NCBI GenBank assembly: GCA_046757665.1
Contig: JBHHYO010000002.1
Location: forward strand, 1-64,000
Reading direction: 5' to 3'
Source: Nitrospinales bacterium
GTDB taxonomy: Bacteria; Nitrospinota; Nitrospinia; Nitrospinales; JAJDAT01
Length of the DNA: 64,000 nt
The notes beneath the pieces were generated by a model that did no database searches, had not been told where the DNA came from, and saw only the letters and a list, made by a program, of their open reading frames with translations. Below are positions 1-9,918 of this stretch, one piece after another. A program made the position numbers and the translations under genes. How positions within the stretch are numbered: the stretch's first letter is position 1; each line of letters begins with the position of its first letter.

Positions 1-36
1 TGATTTTGCCTGATTTGCCGGAATGGCAAGCGGCGA

Positions 37-1041
37 ATGAACACTTCACCAGTAAAAAGCGCCATGGCTTCACAAGTAAACATCATTACCGTTGGCGGAG
101 GAAAGGGCGGGATCGGCAAAAGTGTCGTCGCTACCAACCTTGCCGTCGGCCTGGCTTTGGGCGGGCAAAACGTCGTCCTTGTGGATACGGATTACGGCGC
201 TTCCAATCTCCACGCCCTGCTGGGCATCAGTAATCCCAAACGCGGTTTTCTGGACTTCTTTACGCAAAAGGACAAAAATTCCAACTCACTGCTTTTGGAC
301 ACGGGAATCAGCAACCTGAAATTTGTCAGCGGCGCGGGCGACAACCCCGGTAGCGCAAACTTGCAGGAAGAACACAAAAACCGTATCTTTGATTTCATCA
401 AAAATCTCCAGGCCAATTATGTCTTGTTGGACCTGGGGCCGGGCAGTAGTTACAATGTCATCGATTATTTCAACATCGGAACACAGGGCATCGTCTTAAC
501 CATCCCCGAAATGCCGTCGGTCATGAATGCGTTCAGCTTCATCAAAAACACCCTTTTCCGCCGCCTGGATATGGAATTGGGTGGCCAACCCAAAATCAGG
601 GAATTGACCGATTTCTCGAAAAACCCCGACGCGGCCAACGAAATGTATTCGCTCGATCAGTTGAAAAAAAATGTCGGCAAAAGCAATTCCGCAATAGTCC
701 GGAAAATAGACTCAGTCACCGCTTCCTTTAAACCTAACTTGCTGGTCAACCGCGTCCGCCAAAAAAAGGACCTCCTGCTGGGGCAACATCTGATAGCGCT
801 TGTCAAAAAATATCTCGAGGTAGACCTCAACTACCTGGGTTACATCGTGGAAAGCGATCAAGTGCGAAGCTCCGTCAACAAAATGATCCCCTTTCTCATA
901 AAAAACCCGCAAAGCAAACCTTCCGAGAATTTGCAACGGGTTATCGGGGAGTTGACCCATTCCGACATTCACCTGGTTAAAAAAGGTGGAATGATTTTCG
1001 TCTCGAAACAGGTTCGCCTTTCATCAGGTTGGGACAGTTAG
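37..1041 (+). CDS. MinD/FlhG(FleN)-family P-loop ATPase
   Basis: Deviant Walker A GGGKGGIGKS, VDTDYG and LDLGPG motifs, C-terminal LVNRV; start may be ATG 64. Confidence 0.85.
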   Translation: MNTSPVKSAMASQVNIITVGGGKGGIGKSVVATNLAVGLALGGQNVVLVDTDYGASNLHALLGISNPKRGFLDFFTQKDKNSNSLLLDTGISNLKFVSGAGDNPGSANLQEEHKNRIFDFIKNLQANYVLLDLGPGSSYNVIDYFNIGTQGIVLTIPEMPSVMNAFSFIKNTLFRRLDMELGGQPKIRELTDFSKNPDAANEMYSLDQLKKNVGKSNSAIVRKIDSVTASFKPNLLVNRVRQKKDLLLGQHLIALVKKYLEVDLNYLGYIVESDQVRSSVNKMIPFLIKNPQSKPSENLQRVIGELTHSDIHLVKKGGMIFVSKQVRLSSGWDS

Positions 1042-1121
1042 GTTTTCAGGCCGATATTTCGCTTTCCCTGCCCCGCCTTCTCCCAAACATCAAAATCATT
1101 TCCCCGGCTTTCAAGAAATCC

Positions 1122-2468
1122 ATGGATCAAAAAACTCAAAAGAACCTGCGCGATCTTGCCCGGCTTTCTCCAGCAAGCACCGTTTATGTCGTGGGTGGAA
1201 CCCTGCGTGATTATTTTCTGGGAAAAACGCCTGCCGACTTTGATTTCGCCGTACAAAATGCGCCCCGCCTGGCGGAGCTTTTCGCGGCTCATATAAAAAG
1301 ACATCCCATCCGCTTGCACGACACGCCCGGACGCGAGACCCTGCGCGTCGTCATGAGTGGCGGCGTTTTTTTCGATTTCTCCGAAATGCAGGGGAACAAG
1401 ATTCAGCAAGACCTGGCGGGAAGAGACTTCACCATTAACGCCATGGCCGTTCCGCTCGAAGAATATCTCGAAGCCGACTGGAAACCTCTCGACCCCTTCA
1501 AGGGACGCGCCGACCTGGAAAGAAAAATTGTGCGCGTATTGCCCGGCCCTATTTTCAAATCCGACCCGCTTCGTGTCATTCGAGCGTTTCGCTTTTCGGG
1601 CACCCTGGGATTCGATATCGAGGACAACACCCTGGACAAAATCGCGGAAGCGCACACCGGCCTGAAATTCGTCGCGGCGGAACGCATTGCCAACGAATTA
1701 CTGCTGTTTTTAAATTCAAAAAAGGTCTTCCCCCTGGCCCGCGTTATGAGCCGGACAGGCGTACTGGGACAACTCATTCCCGCTATCCATGCCCCCGGAG
1801 GAAATCCGGCCAAGGCCCGGGAAACCCTTGAAACTCTCGAGTCCCTGGAGGAGATCATTCTCCATCCCGCGAAAGTTTTTCCGGACAAGTTTCCCGGAGT
1901 CGAGCGATATCTCGAAGGCAACAAACCCGGCTTGCTCAAACTGGCCGCCCTCTCATATCCTTTGAATGAAGAAAAAAAATCATCCGCCGGCGCGGCGGCC
2001 GCCGCCTTCCTCAAGAACCTGCGGCTTTCCAACGCTGACATCCGCTTTATCCGCGCCGTTCTCGAACATCAACAAACCGCGCTGACGACGAAACTGGATT
2101 TTGCCGGGCCAGCGCGTGACCTCTCGCGCATTTATTCCTTCGTCAAAAACAGCGGAGCGCAATTGGTTCCCGCCTTACTGCTGGCGGCGGCTCGCCTGGC
2201 GCGGTCGGGGGAAAACGATATTGACTCCTTTATCCGGGCAATCCATAATCTTGTGGAATTTTTTCAGCGCCGTTATTTGCCCGCCCAGGGGCAACGCGCC
2301 CTGCTAACCGGCGACGATTTGATCCGACAGTTCAACCTGTCCCCTTCGCCGGTTTTCAAAACCATTCTTGACCGCGTGGAAGAAGCCCGTGTCCTCGGCT
2401 CGATTACAACCCGCGAAGAAGCGGAGGCGCTGGCGCGGCGTTTGATCCAAACTCTGGCTCAGGCATAA
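1122..2468 (+). CDS. Class II tRNA nucleotidyltransferase (CCA/poly(A) polymerase family; possibly CC-adding)
   Basis: VGGTLRD..DFD, RDFTINAMA, DPLRVIRAFRF and ERIANEL motifs; ATG 1122 preferred over TTG 1029, which overlaps the upstream gene. Confidence 0.85.
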   Translation: MDQKTQKNLRDLARLSPASTVYVVGGTLRDYFLGKTPADFDFAVQNAPRLAELFAAHIKRHPIRLHDTPGRETLRVVMSGGVFFDFSEMQGNKIQQDLAGRDFTINAMAVPLEEYLEADWKPLDPFKGRADLERKIVRVLPGPIFKSDPLRVIRAFRFSGTLGFDIEDNTLDKIAEAHTGLKFVAAERIANELLLFLNSKKVFPLARVMSRTGVLGQLIPAIHAPGGNPAKARETLETLESLEEIILHPAKVFPDKFPGVERYLEGNKPGLLKLAALSYPLNEEKKSSAGAAAAAFLKNLRLSNADIRFIRAVLEHQQTALTTKLDFAGPARDLSRIYSFVKNSGAQLVPALLLAAARLARSGENDIDSFIRAIHNLVEFFQRRYLPAQGQRALLTGDDLIRQFNLSPSPVFKTILDRVEEARVLGSITTREEAEALARRLIQTLAQA

Positions 2469-2471
2469 CCC

Positions 2472-3125
2472 ATGACCATCAAATATTCCAATGCCCGGTG
2501 GAACGAAAAAAAGGTTGTCATCGGCGAAACGGATATGCAGGCCGACGGACCGATTCATCTCGTCATCGGTTTCCATGGCGCCGAGTCCACGCCGGAAAAC
2601 ATGCTGGTTTACGGCAACAAACTGGAACTGACCAACGCCATAACAGTTTATCCGGAAGGCCCCGTCGACGCCGGAAAAGGCCTCTGGAGTTGGTGGCGGG
2701 ACGGGCCAGGGCAAACGGAATCGGTAACGGCGTTTTTAAACTACGCATCGGAAATGCTCAACGCCGCTCGACGCCATGTTGACGAACTTTTCCCAGGACG
2801 ACCCGTCCGCATATCGCTGTGGGGATTTTCGCAAGGTGGCGCGGCGGCGCTGGTTTACGCGCTCCTCGGTTCGCATCCCTTGCATAAAGTGGCCTCCGTT
2901 TGCGGGTTCCTTCCGGAAATTCCGGACGCAACACCCACGAAGAATCCGTCCGCCATCCTTGGCATTTTCGGGACCAACGACGAAGTCGTCCCCGCCTTCC
3001 TCGCCGAACACGCCCTGGACGAAATACAAAGCCGTGGACACAACGTCACCGCCCGGGAAACCCCGCAAGGCCACCAGCTCACCGCCGAAAACCTTGAGGA
3101 AATCAGCGCGTTTTTCAATTCCTGA
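2472..3125 (+). CDS. Phospholipase/carboxylesterase-family alpha/beta hydrolase
   Basis: GFHG, nucleophile elbow GFSQG, G..DEVVP and GH catalytic motifs. Confidence 0.85.
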   Translation: MTIKYSNARWNEKKVVIGETDMQADGPIHLVIGFHGAESTPENMLVYGNKLELTNAITVYPEGPVDAGKGLWSWWRDGPGQTESVTAFLNYASEMLNAARRHVDELFPGRPVRISLWGFSQGGAAALVYALLGSHPLHKVASVCGFLPEIPDATPTKNPSAILGIFGTNDEVVPAFLAEHALDEIQSRGHNVTARETPQGHQLTAENLEEISAFFNS

Positions 3126-3126
3126 A

Positions 3127-3154
3127 TTGACAACACCATGAAAGATGCTATGCT
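3127..3154 (+). promoter_or_regulatory. Sigma70-like promoter of the btu operon
   Basis: TTGACA (3127-3132), 16-nt spacer, TGc-TATGCT (3146-3154), directly upstream of the riboswitch. Confidence 0.65.
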
Positions 3155-3170
3155 GAAAACTTGAATTGCC

Positions 3171-3312
3171 AATAGTCGGAAGCAAGGGAAGACGGTGCAA
3201 GTCCGTCGCGGTCCCGCCGCTGTAACCGGGGACGAAACCCGCCACCGCCACTGTTTGACAACAAACGGGAAGGCGCGGGGAGTAGGATGATCCGGAAGCC
3301 AGAAGACCTTTT
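3171..3312 (+). ncRNA. Cobalamin riboswitch 1
   Basis: AGGGAA..GGTGCAAGTCCG..CCCGCCGCTGTAA..GCCACTG..GGGAAGGC..GAAGCCAGAAGACCT (B12-box pattern), upstream of B12 transport genes; boundaries approximate. Confidence 0.92.
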
Positions 3313-3376
3313 CGACCGCGCTTCACAAACTCTTCGAGGTGAAAGAGGTGAAGGTACGATTTTCCCAATCCCCTTC

Positions 3377-3400
3377 TCCCCTGAAACGGGGATTTTTTTT
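3377..3400 (+). terminator. Intrinsic terminator-like hairpin in the btuF leader
   Basis: TCCCC-tgaaac-GGGGA followed by T8. Confidence 0.6.
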
Positions 3401-3416
3401 GCTATTCCCGGCGCGG

Positions 3417-4352
3417 GTGAAAACCGTCTGCCCTGCCCTGCTCATCTCCGCCCTCATCATTTTTTCTTGCAACATCCAGTGGGCCGCCGCGGAAAAAGTC
3501 AATCCGCCGCAACGCATTATTTCCCTGTCCCCCTCAATCACGGAAGTTCTCTTTGCTCTCGGCGCGGGCCGGCGCGTGGTTGGAGTCACCGATTTTTGCC
3601 TGTATCCCGAAGAAGCAAAACTCCTTCCCAGGGTCGGCGGACTGCTGAATCCCAACGCCGAGGCTATTATTTCCCTGCGCCCGGATTTGATCGTCTATCA
3701 TCACGACAACGAGAAAATCAAAAAGTTCGCCAACCGGCTCGGCGTTCGGTCGTTGAGCGTTTCGTTCGACAGCCTTGCCGATATTTATCAAACCATAAAA
3801 AAAATCGGCGCCGCTTCAGGAGAGCAAGAAGAGGCCAGACGGCTTCTGGAAACCTTGCACAGTAAAATTCAATCTTACCGCGCCGGAATTCAGGGCTTGC
3901 AAAGCAAATCCGTTCTCCTCATCCTGGGCGACAGCAAGGACCCGATGCGGGACTTATACGCCGTAGGCAAGGGAACCTTCCTCGACGAACTGCTGACGCT
4001 GGCCGGCGGGCAAAACATTCTTTCGCAATCCCCGGCGTCCTACCCGAAAGTGTCGCGTGAATTTATTATTTCGGCATCGCCGGAAATCATCATCGTCGCC
4101 GGCCCAAGGGCCAGACTTTCCGCGGATGAACTGCAAGAGCGGAAAAGACAGTGGGGGCACTTTGCCACCGTTCGGGCGGTTAAAAACGGAAACATTTATT
4201 ATATTGGCGCCGATTACATTCTCATCCCCGGCCCCCGGCTGACAAAGATCGTGGAAAAATTCGCGGCTGTCATTCACCCGGAGATCGTATTCGAAAAAAA
4301 CCCGGCGGCCGGGTCAACCAAAAACATCAAAAATTCCGATGATGGAAAATAA
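3417..4352 (+). CDS. btuF: Cobalamin ABC transporter substrate-binding protein
   Basis: RIISLSPSITEVLFALG..VVGVTDFCLYP and PGPRL motifs; signal peptide after GTG 3417 (alternative start 3339). Confidence 0.85.
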   Translation: MKTVCPALLISALIIFSCNIQWAAAEKVNPPQRIISLSPSITEVLFALGAGRRVVGVTDFCLYPEEAKLLPRVGGLLNPNAEAIISLRPDLIVYHHDNEKIKKFANRLGVRSLSVSFDSLADIYQTIKKIGAASGEQEEARRLLETLHSKIQSYRAGIQGLQSKSVLLILGDSKDPMRDLYAVGKGTFLDELLTLAGGQNILSQSPASYPKVSREFIISASPEIIIVAGPRARLSADELQERKRQWGHFATVRAVKNGNIYYIGADYILIPGPRLTKIVEKFAAVIHPEIVFEKNPAAGSTKNIKNSDDGK

Positions 4353-5193
4353 TTTAAAATCCGGCAAAAAATCGAACCCGGTTAAGGGCGCAGACTCCAC
4401 CCCCCTTATCCAATTGCAGGACATTTCATTTTCCTACGAAAAAGCTCCGGTTTTGCGCGACATTGCACTGGAAATCCAAAAAGAGGAATTTGTCGGCATC
4501 ATCGGGCCGAACGGCGCGGGAAAGTCCACACTGCTGAAACTGATGGGGGGCATTTTGCCAACCGACCAGGGGCAATGCTCGTTTAAAGGACGCAACCTGA
4601 ACCGTTATAAAAGGAAAGAACTGGCCCGATCCGTTTCCTGGCTTCCACAGGAGAATTCCATGATTTTCCCTTTCCGGGTCCTGGAGGTCATCCTGATGGG
4701 ACGCCACCCCTACCTTACACCCTTGACGTTTGAAGGGACAGAGGATTTCCGCATCGCCCGGCGGGCCATGGACCTGACCGATATTTCCGATTTTGCCGAC
4801 CGCTTTTACAACGAAATCAGCGGCGGCGAAAAACAGCGGGTCATGATCGCCGCCGCCCTCGCCCAGGAATCTGAGATGATGCTCCTCGACGAGCCCACAT
4901 CATCGCTGGACATCAAATACCAGATCGAAATTTTAAATATTCTGCAACGCCTGAACTCGGACGAGGGGTTGACGCTGGCGCTGGCCCTGCATGACCTCCA
5001 CCTGGCCTCAAAATACTGTTCCCGGCTTGTCCTGCTGGATCAAGGGGAGATCGTAAAAGACGGGCCGCCGCACCTCGTCTTGCAAAAGGAAATCCTTGAA
5101 AAAATTTATGGAATTGAAATCAGAATCGTTAACGACCCGGACGATGGAAGCCTGATGGTTTTCCCCAGAGGACCATGCAAAACCCGAACATGA
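4339..5193 (+). CDS. btuD: Cobalamin/iron-chelate ABC transporter ATPase
   Basis: GPNGAGKST, ISGGEKQRV, LLDEPT. Confidence 0.85.
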   Translation: MMENNLKSGKKSNPVKGADSTPLIQLQDISFSYEKAPVLRDIALEIQKEEFVGIIGPNGAGKSTLLKLMGGILPTDQGQCSFKGRNLNRYKRKELARSVSWLPQENSMIFPFRVLEVILMGRHPYLTPLTFEGTEDFRIARRAMDLTDISDFADRFYNEISGGEKQRVMIAAALAQESEMMLLDEPTSSLDIKYQIEILNILQRLNSDEGLTLALALHDLHLASKYCSRLVLLDQGEIVKDGPPHLVLQKEILEKIYGIEIRIVNDPDDGSLMVFPRGPCKTRT

Positions 5194-6194
5194 TGAACCG
5201 GAAACATTATTTTTTGGTGATCGGCTCATTTCTCATGCTGTTTTTAGTTGTTTTGGCAGTGGCCCCGATGATCGGGCCGACAAAGATCAGCCTGATGAAG
5301 GTATTGACAAGCGACACAGATTTTTCCAACAACCCGGATGCCAACATTTTTTTTCTGGCTCGCTTGCCAAGAGTCCTTTTGGCCGCCCTGACGGGAGCCG
5401 CCCTGTCGGTAGCGGGCGTTGTGCTCCAGGCTCTGCTACGCAACGACCTTGCCGCTCCATTCACCCTGGGCGTTTCCAGCGGCGCGGCGCTGGGCGCCGT
5501 GATTGCCATTCGGCTGGGATTTACCACGATGTTTCCCGGAATCCCCGCCGTGCCCCTGGCGGCTTTCATGGGCGCGCTGACAGCCATCGTTCTGGTCTTC
5601 AGCCTGGCGCGAACCCGCCGGCGGGGGGAATTCACAACTTCGGTTCTGTTGCTGGCCGGGGTAACGGTCAATTTCTTTTTCGCCGCCATGGTCATGCTGG
5701 TGCACTATCTGTCCGACATTACGCAATCGTTTCAGATCGTACGCTGGCTGATGGGAGGGTTGGACATCATGGATTACGAAACGCTGGTTTCCATTTTCCC
5801 GCTGGTATTTTTGGGGATCGCTGTCCTGGCGTACATCGCCCGCGACCTGAACGTCATCAGCGCGGGGGTGGAATCCGCATTGAGCCGCGGGGTGAACGTG
5901 GCCGGCATACAGAGAACCGGATTCATCGCCGCATCCCTGGTTACCGGAGGAGTGGTGGCGGTCAGCGGACCCATCACTTTTGTCGGCTTGATCGTGCCGC
6001 ACATTGTGCGGTTGCTGATCGGCCCCGACCACCGGCTGTTGATCCCGGCGTCGATGTTTTTCGGCGCGAGCTTTTTAATCGCCTGCGACACCCTGGGCCG
6101 AACGGTGATTGCTCCCACGGAAATCCCCGTGGGCGTCCTGACGGCCATTCTCGGCGGGCCGTTTTTCGTGTGGCTACTCAAAAGAAAAAGATGA
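5175..6194 (+). CDS. btuC: FecCD/BtuC-family ABC permease
   Basis: RLPRVLLA, LRNDLAAPFTLGVSSGA, FVGLIVPH, EIPVG. Confidence 0.88.
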   Translation: MQNPNMMNRKHYFLVIGSFLMLFLVVLAVAPMIGPTKISLMKVLTSDTDFSNNPDANIFFLARLPRVLLAALTGAALSVAGVVLQALLRNDLAAPFTLGVSSGAALGAVIAIRLGFTTMFPGIPAVPLAAFMGALTAIVLVFSLARTRRRGEFTTSVLLLAGVTVNFFFAAMVMLVHYLSDITQSFQIVRWLMGGLDIMDYETLVSIFPLVFLGIAVLAYIARDLNVISAGVESALSRGVNVAGIQRTGFIAASLVTGGVVAVSGPITFVGLIVPHIVRLLIGPDHRLLIPASMFFGASFLIACDTLGRTVIAPTEIPVGVLTAILGGPFFVWLLKRKR

Positions 6195-7714
6195 CGGCTA
6201 AAACTTTGATGATTCAGGGAACGGGTTCGGGAGTGGGCAAAAGCGTGATCACCGCCGCATTCTGCCGAAGGTTTTATCTCGACGGTTGGCGCGTAGCGCC
6301 GTTCAAGGCGCAGAATATGTCGCTGAACTCCTTTGTCACCGAGGACGGCGGCGAAATGGGGCGGGCGCAGGTTTATCAGGCCGAAGCCTGCGGGTTGAAA
6401 CCTCACGTCGCCATGAACCCCATCCTCCTCAAACCCTGCGGCGATAACCTGTCGCAGGTCATTGTGCTGGGCAAGGTAACGGAAAACAGGGACGCCAGGG
6501 ATTATTATTCGCACAGGGGAAAATACCTGAAGCCGGTTAAGGATGCCTTCGACTATCTGCGGAAAAACTACGACCTCGTCGTTCTCGAAGGCGCGGGCAG
6601 TCCGGCGGAAATCAATCTCAAGGAAATGGATTTCGTCAACATGCACATGGCCAAAATCGCCAGGACCCCCGTTCTTGTCGTCGGAGACATAGACCGCGGC
6701 GGGGTGTTCGCCTGGATGAAAGGCACTTACGATCTGCTTGACGAGGAAGAGCAGAAACTCGTGGCGGGCTTCATCATCAACAAGTTCAGGGGGGACATCG
6801 AACTGCTGAAACCCGGCATCCGCATGTTCGAGGACAAGGTGCAAAAACCGGTGGTGGGCGTCATCCCGTTTTATCACGACCTGTTGGTCGATGAAGAAGA
6901 TGACATGCCGTTTTCCGCCGATCCCGGCGCCGTTTCGCCGGACGGCGACACACTGGACGTAGCGGTGATCCGCCTGCCGAGGATTTCCAACTTTACCGAC
7001 ATGACACCCCTGACGCGCGAACCGGGCGTTTCCGTGCGCTATGTCCGACGCGCACCGCAACTGCGGGACCCCGACCTCATCATCATCCCCGGGAGCAAAA
7101 ACACCCTGGGCGACTTGCGGTTCATGAAGGAAACGAAACTGGACCAGGCCATCATCGAATGCCACCGGTCGGGAACCGTGATCCTGGGAATCTGCGCCGG
7201 TTTTCAAATCCTCGGACGGTCCATCCACGACCCGTGGAACGTGGAAAGCGCCCGGAAGAAGGAAGCGGGACTGGGCCTGCTGGATTTTGCAACCACGCTG
7301 GACAAGCAAAAAATTACCAGACAATCGACTTTGCGTACCTGCGATAGTCCATTTTTCAAACAAGGTTTGACCGTGCGCGGATACGAGATTCACATGGGAG
7401 TCACCAAATTCCACACTCCGTATCCGCCGCTGTTCGCAAGCGAGAACGGCGCGGACCCGCGGTGTTCCGGCATCGCCGATGACGGGCTTGTCGGCACTTA
7501 TCTCCACGGATTCTTTGACGAGGACGAACTGCGGGTTGAGTTTTTGCGTAGCATACGCCGACACCGGGGATTGCCGGACGTCTCCTCCAACTTGAAGTAC
7601 AAAGCGTTTAGGGAAAAACAACTCGACCGCCTGGCGGAAATGGTCGACCGTCATATCGACATGAAAAAAATCAAGGAGCTGTTAAAAACAAGATCAGTTA
7701 ACTTTTCACGCTGA
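6191..7714 (+). CDS. cobQ: Cobyric acid synthase
   Basis: LMIQGTGSGVGKS, PFKAQNMS, EGAGSPAEIN, GICAG, GTYLHG; ATG 6191 overlaps the btuC stop (ATGA). Confidence 0.95.
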   Translation: MTAKTLMIQGTGSGVGKSVITAAFCRRFYLDGWRVAPFKAQNMSLNSFVTEDGGEMGRAQVYQAEACGLKPHVAMNPILLKPCGDNLSQVIVLGKVTENRDARDYYSHRGKYLKPVKDAFDYLRKNYDLVVLEGAGSPAEINLKEMDFVNMHMAKIARTPVLVVGDIDRGGVFAWMKGTYDLLDEEEQKLVAGFIINKFRGDIELLKPGIRMFEDKVQKPVVGVIPFYHDLLVDEEDDMPFSADPGAVSPDGDTLDVAVIRLPRISNFTDMTPLTREPGVSVRYVRRAPQLRDPDLIIIPGSKNTLGDLRFMKETKLDQAIIECHRSGTVILGICAGFQILGRSIHDPWNVESARKKEAGLGLLDFATTLDKQKITRQSTLRTCDSPFFKQGLTVRGYEIHMGVTKFHTPYPPLFASENGADPRCSGIADDGLVGTYLHGFFDEDELRVEFLRSIRRHRGLPDVSSNLKYKAFREKQLDRLAEMVDRHIDMKKIKELLKTRSVNFSR

Positions 7715-7715
7715 A

Positions 7716-7853
7716 CATTTCCGGTTTGGGGAAGGACGGTCAAAGCCGACACTGCCCCGCAACTGTGAAGGGAACGAACGCCGCTGACAGCCACTGTCAT
7801 CACGATGGGAAGGCGCGGCAAGTAGACAGCCCTAAGTCAGGAAACCCGGCCGG
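7716..7853 (+). ncRNA. Cobalamin riboswitch 2
   Basis: GGGAA..GGT..CTGCCCCGCAACTGTGA..GCCACTG..GGGAAGGC..AAGTCAGGAAACC, upstream of btuB; boundaries approximate. Confidence 0.9.
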
Positions 7854-7889
7854 ATTTTATTCACTAACCTTCGAGGGAAAGGAAACACC

Positions 7890-9737
7890 ATGAACACAAA
7901 ACCTCATTACTCACCAATTTTAATCCTGCTTGCCATCCTGTTTTTTCTGCATCCAGCCGTTCTTTTCGCAAGCGACCTGGTAAAGCTCGATCCCATCGAA
8001 GTGAAAGCGAGCCGGTCGGACCTGTCCGCAAAAAACCTGCCGGCCTCGGTGACCGTTATTAGCCGGGAGCAAATCAAGCGGAGCCAACACGTGCAGGTGG
8101 AGGATATTTTGCGGCAGACCCTGGGAGCCGACGTGGTGCAAAACGGCCCCATGGGGAGCCTCACCAGCGTATTTTTGCGGGGCGCCGGTTCCAGCTCCAC
8201 CCTGGTGATGATTGACGGGATACAGGTTAATTTAAATACCAGCGGCGCATTCAATTTCGGCAATCTCACGCTGGATAATATTGAACGGATTGAAATCCTT
8301 AGAGGAGCGCAAAGCACCCTTTGGGGAGCCGACGCCGTGGGCGGAGTCATCAATATCATCACAAAAACAGGCAAGGGAACTCCCTCGCACTTCGCATCCT
8401 TCGAGGGGGGAAGTTTTTCTACCTTCAAGGAAACCCTCGGCAGTTCCGGAACTCTGGGAGACTCCAACTATTCGTTTACGGCCTCGCGCATCGACAGCGG
8501 CGGGTTCTCCGCGGCCAACGAGAAAAACGGCAACACGGAGAATGATGGCTACGAGGCCACAAACCTTTCGGGACGCCTGGGCCATAATTTTCTGGGTGAC
8601 GGCAGGATTGAGTTTGTCGGCCGTTACACCAAATCCCGCCTGGATTTCGACAAATTCGATTTTTCCGCAAACCCGCCGTTCGTCGATGGCCCAAACCACA
8701 GCAACAACGAACAGTTTTATATCGCCGTGCCCATACAAAAATCGCTGGCGGAGTGGTGGGACATGCGGCTCAATCTCAATACGTCCTACGATAAAGCGGA
8801 AAGCATCGATGAATCGTCAGTCGCTTCACATAACTTCAATCGGACCTACACGGCGGACTTGCAGAACAACCTGAAGCTGGGCGAGTTTTTCTCCACGGTG
8901 GTCGGCATGGAATTCCAAAGCCTGAACGGTCATAACGTAGAGCAAGGGCTGAACCGCAACATCGACCAGCAGGGATACTTCCTGCAAACTCAGTTCAATT
9001 ACCAGGACCGGTTTATTTTGACGGGAGGGTTCCGCGAAAACCTCAATTCCGTCTTTAAAGACAAACTCACCTATAAGTTCGAGGGAGCTTATCGTTTTAT
9101 TGAGTCAGGGACAAGAATCCGGGCCGTCGGGGCCACCGGGTTTCGCGCTCCGACCATCAACGACCTGTTCTTTCCAAACTTCAGCAACCCCAACCTGCAA
9201 CCGGAGGAAAGCAAAAACTGGGAAGTCGGTATCGACCAAACCCTGTTCGGCGGACGTCTCACTTTCGGCATTACCTGGTTCGACTCGCACTTTAAAAACC
9301 TGATCCAATTCGATTCCCAAACATTTCGCCCGGAAAATGTCGGCAGGGCCAGGTCCAACGGCCTTGAAAGTTTCTTGAATTTTCAATTCACCGACAACCT
9401 GGATATGTCCCTGAACCATACCTGGAACCAGGCGGTCGACGGCGACGGCGCCCGATTGCGAAGGCGGGCCAAACAGAAATTGAACGCCACACTGCATCAT
9501 AACTGGAGAAACAAGCTGGATTCGCAGGTCAGCCTGTCTTATAAAAGCGCCATTCGAGACGGCGTGGTCGGCGCCGCCGGATTCACCACCGTCAGGGCGG
9601 TCCTGAGTTATCAGCTTTTGGAAAACCTGAAACTCACCGCGAGAGGCGAGAACCTGTTCGACGATGCCCATGAGGAAATCCCGGGCTTCGGAACGGCGGG
9701 GGTTTCCGGATACGCGGGTTTGACTTACAATTTTTAG
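7890..9737 (+). CDS. btuB: TonB-dependent cobalamin receptor
   Basis: Signal peptide, plug motif IERIEILRGAQSTLWGADAVGGVINIIT, C-terminal F, riboswitch upstream. Confidence 0.88.
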   Translation: MNTKPHYSPILILLAILFFLHPAVLFASDLVKLDPIEVKASRSDLSAKNLPASVTVISREQIKRSQHVQVEDILRQTLGADVVQNGPMGSLTSVFLRGAGSSSTLVMIDGIQVNLNTSGAFNFGNLTLDNIERIEILRGAQSTLWGADAVGGVINIITKTGKGTPSHFASFEGGSFSTFKETLGSSGTLGDSNYSFTASRIDSGGFSAANEKNGNTENDGYEATNLSGRLGHNFLGDGRIEFVGRYTKSRLDFDKFDFSANPPFVDGPNHSNNEQFYIAVPIQKSLAEWWDMRLNLNTSYDKAESIDESSVASHNFNRTYTADLQNNLKLGEFFSTVVGMEFQSLNGHNVEQGLNRNIDQQGYFLQTQFNYQDRFILTGGFRENLNSVFKDKLTYKFEGAYRFIESGTRIRAVGATGFRAPTINDLFFPNFSNPNLQPEESKNWEVGIDQTLFGGRLTFGITWFDSHFKNLIQFDSQTFRPENVGRARSNGLESFLNFQFTDNLDMSLNHTWNQAVDGDGARLRRRAKQKLNATLHHNWRNKLDSQVSLSYKSAIRDGVVGAAGFTTVRAVLSYQLLENLKLTARGENLFDDAHEEIPGFGTAGVSGYAGLTYNF

Positions 9738-9797
9738 GGCAGAGCGAAGCGTGGTATGATCAAGATGAATATATCGAGATTCTTCGCCGCCCCCGGT

Positions 9798-9873
9798 GTC
9801 ATCGCGAGCCGCGCCAGCGGCGTGGCGATCCAACTTTCTGGATTGCTTCGTCGCCTTCGCTCCTCGCAATGAC
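9798..9873 (-). repeat. Palindromic REP-like element (GTCATTGCGAG...CTCGCGATGAC family), short copy
   Basis: Reverse complement matches the 19002-19105 and 55764-55867 copies but lacks their central segment. Confidence 0.85.
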
Positions 9874-9918
9874 AATCAACACTGATGCAAAGCTCTCATA
9901 TCGCCAGGGATACCGAGT

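Noticed and set aside
5774-7654. 626-aa minus-strand ORF
   Set aside because: Antisense shadow of cobQ/btuC; no motifs
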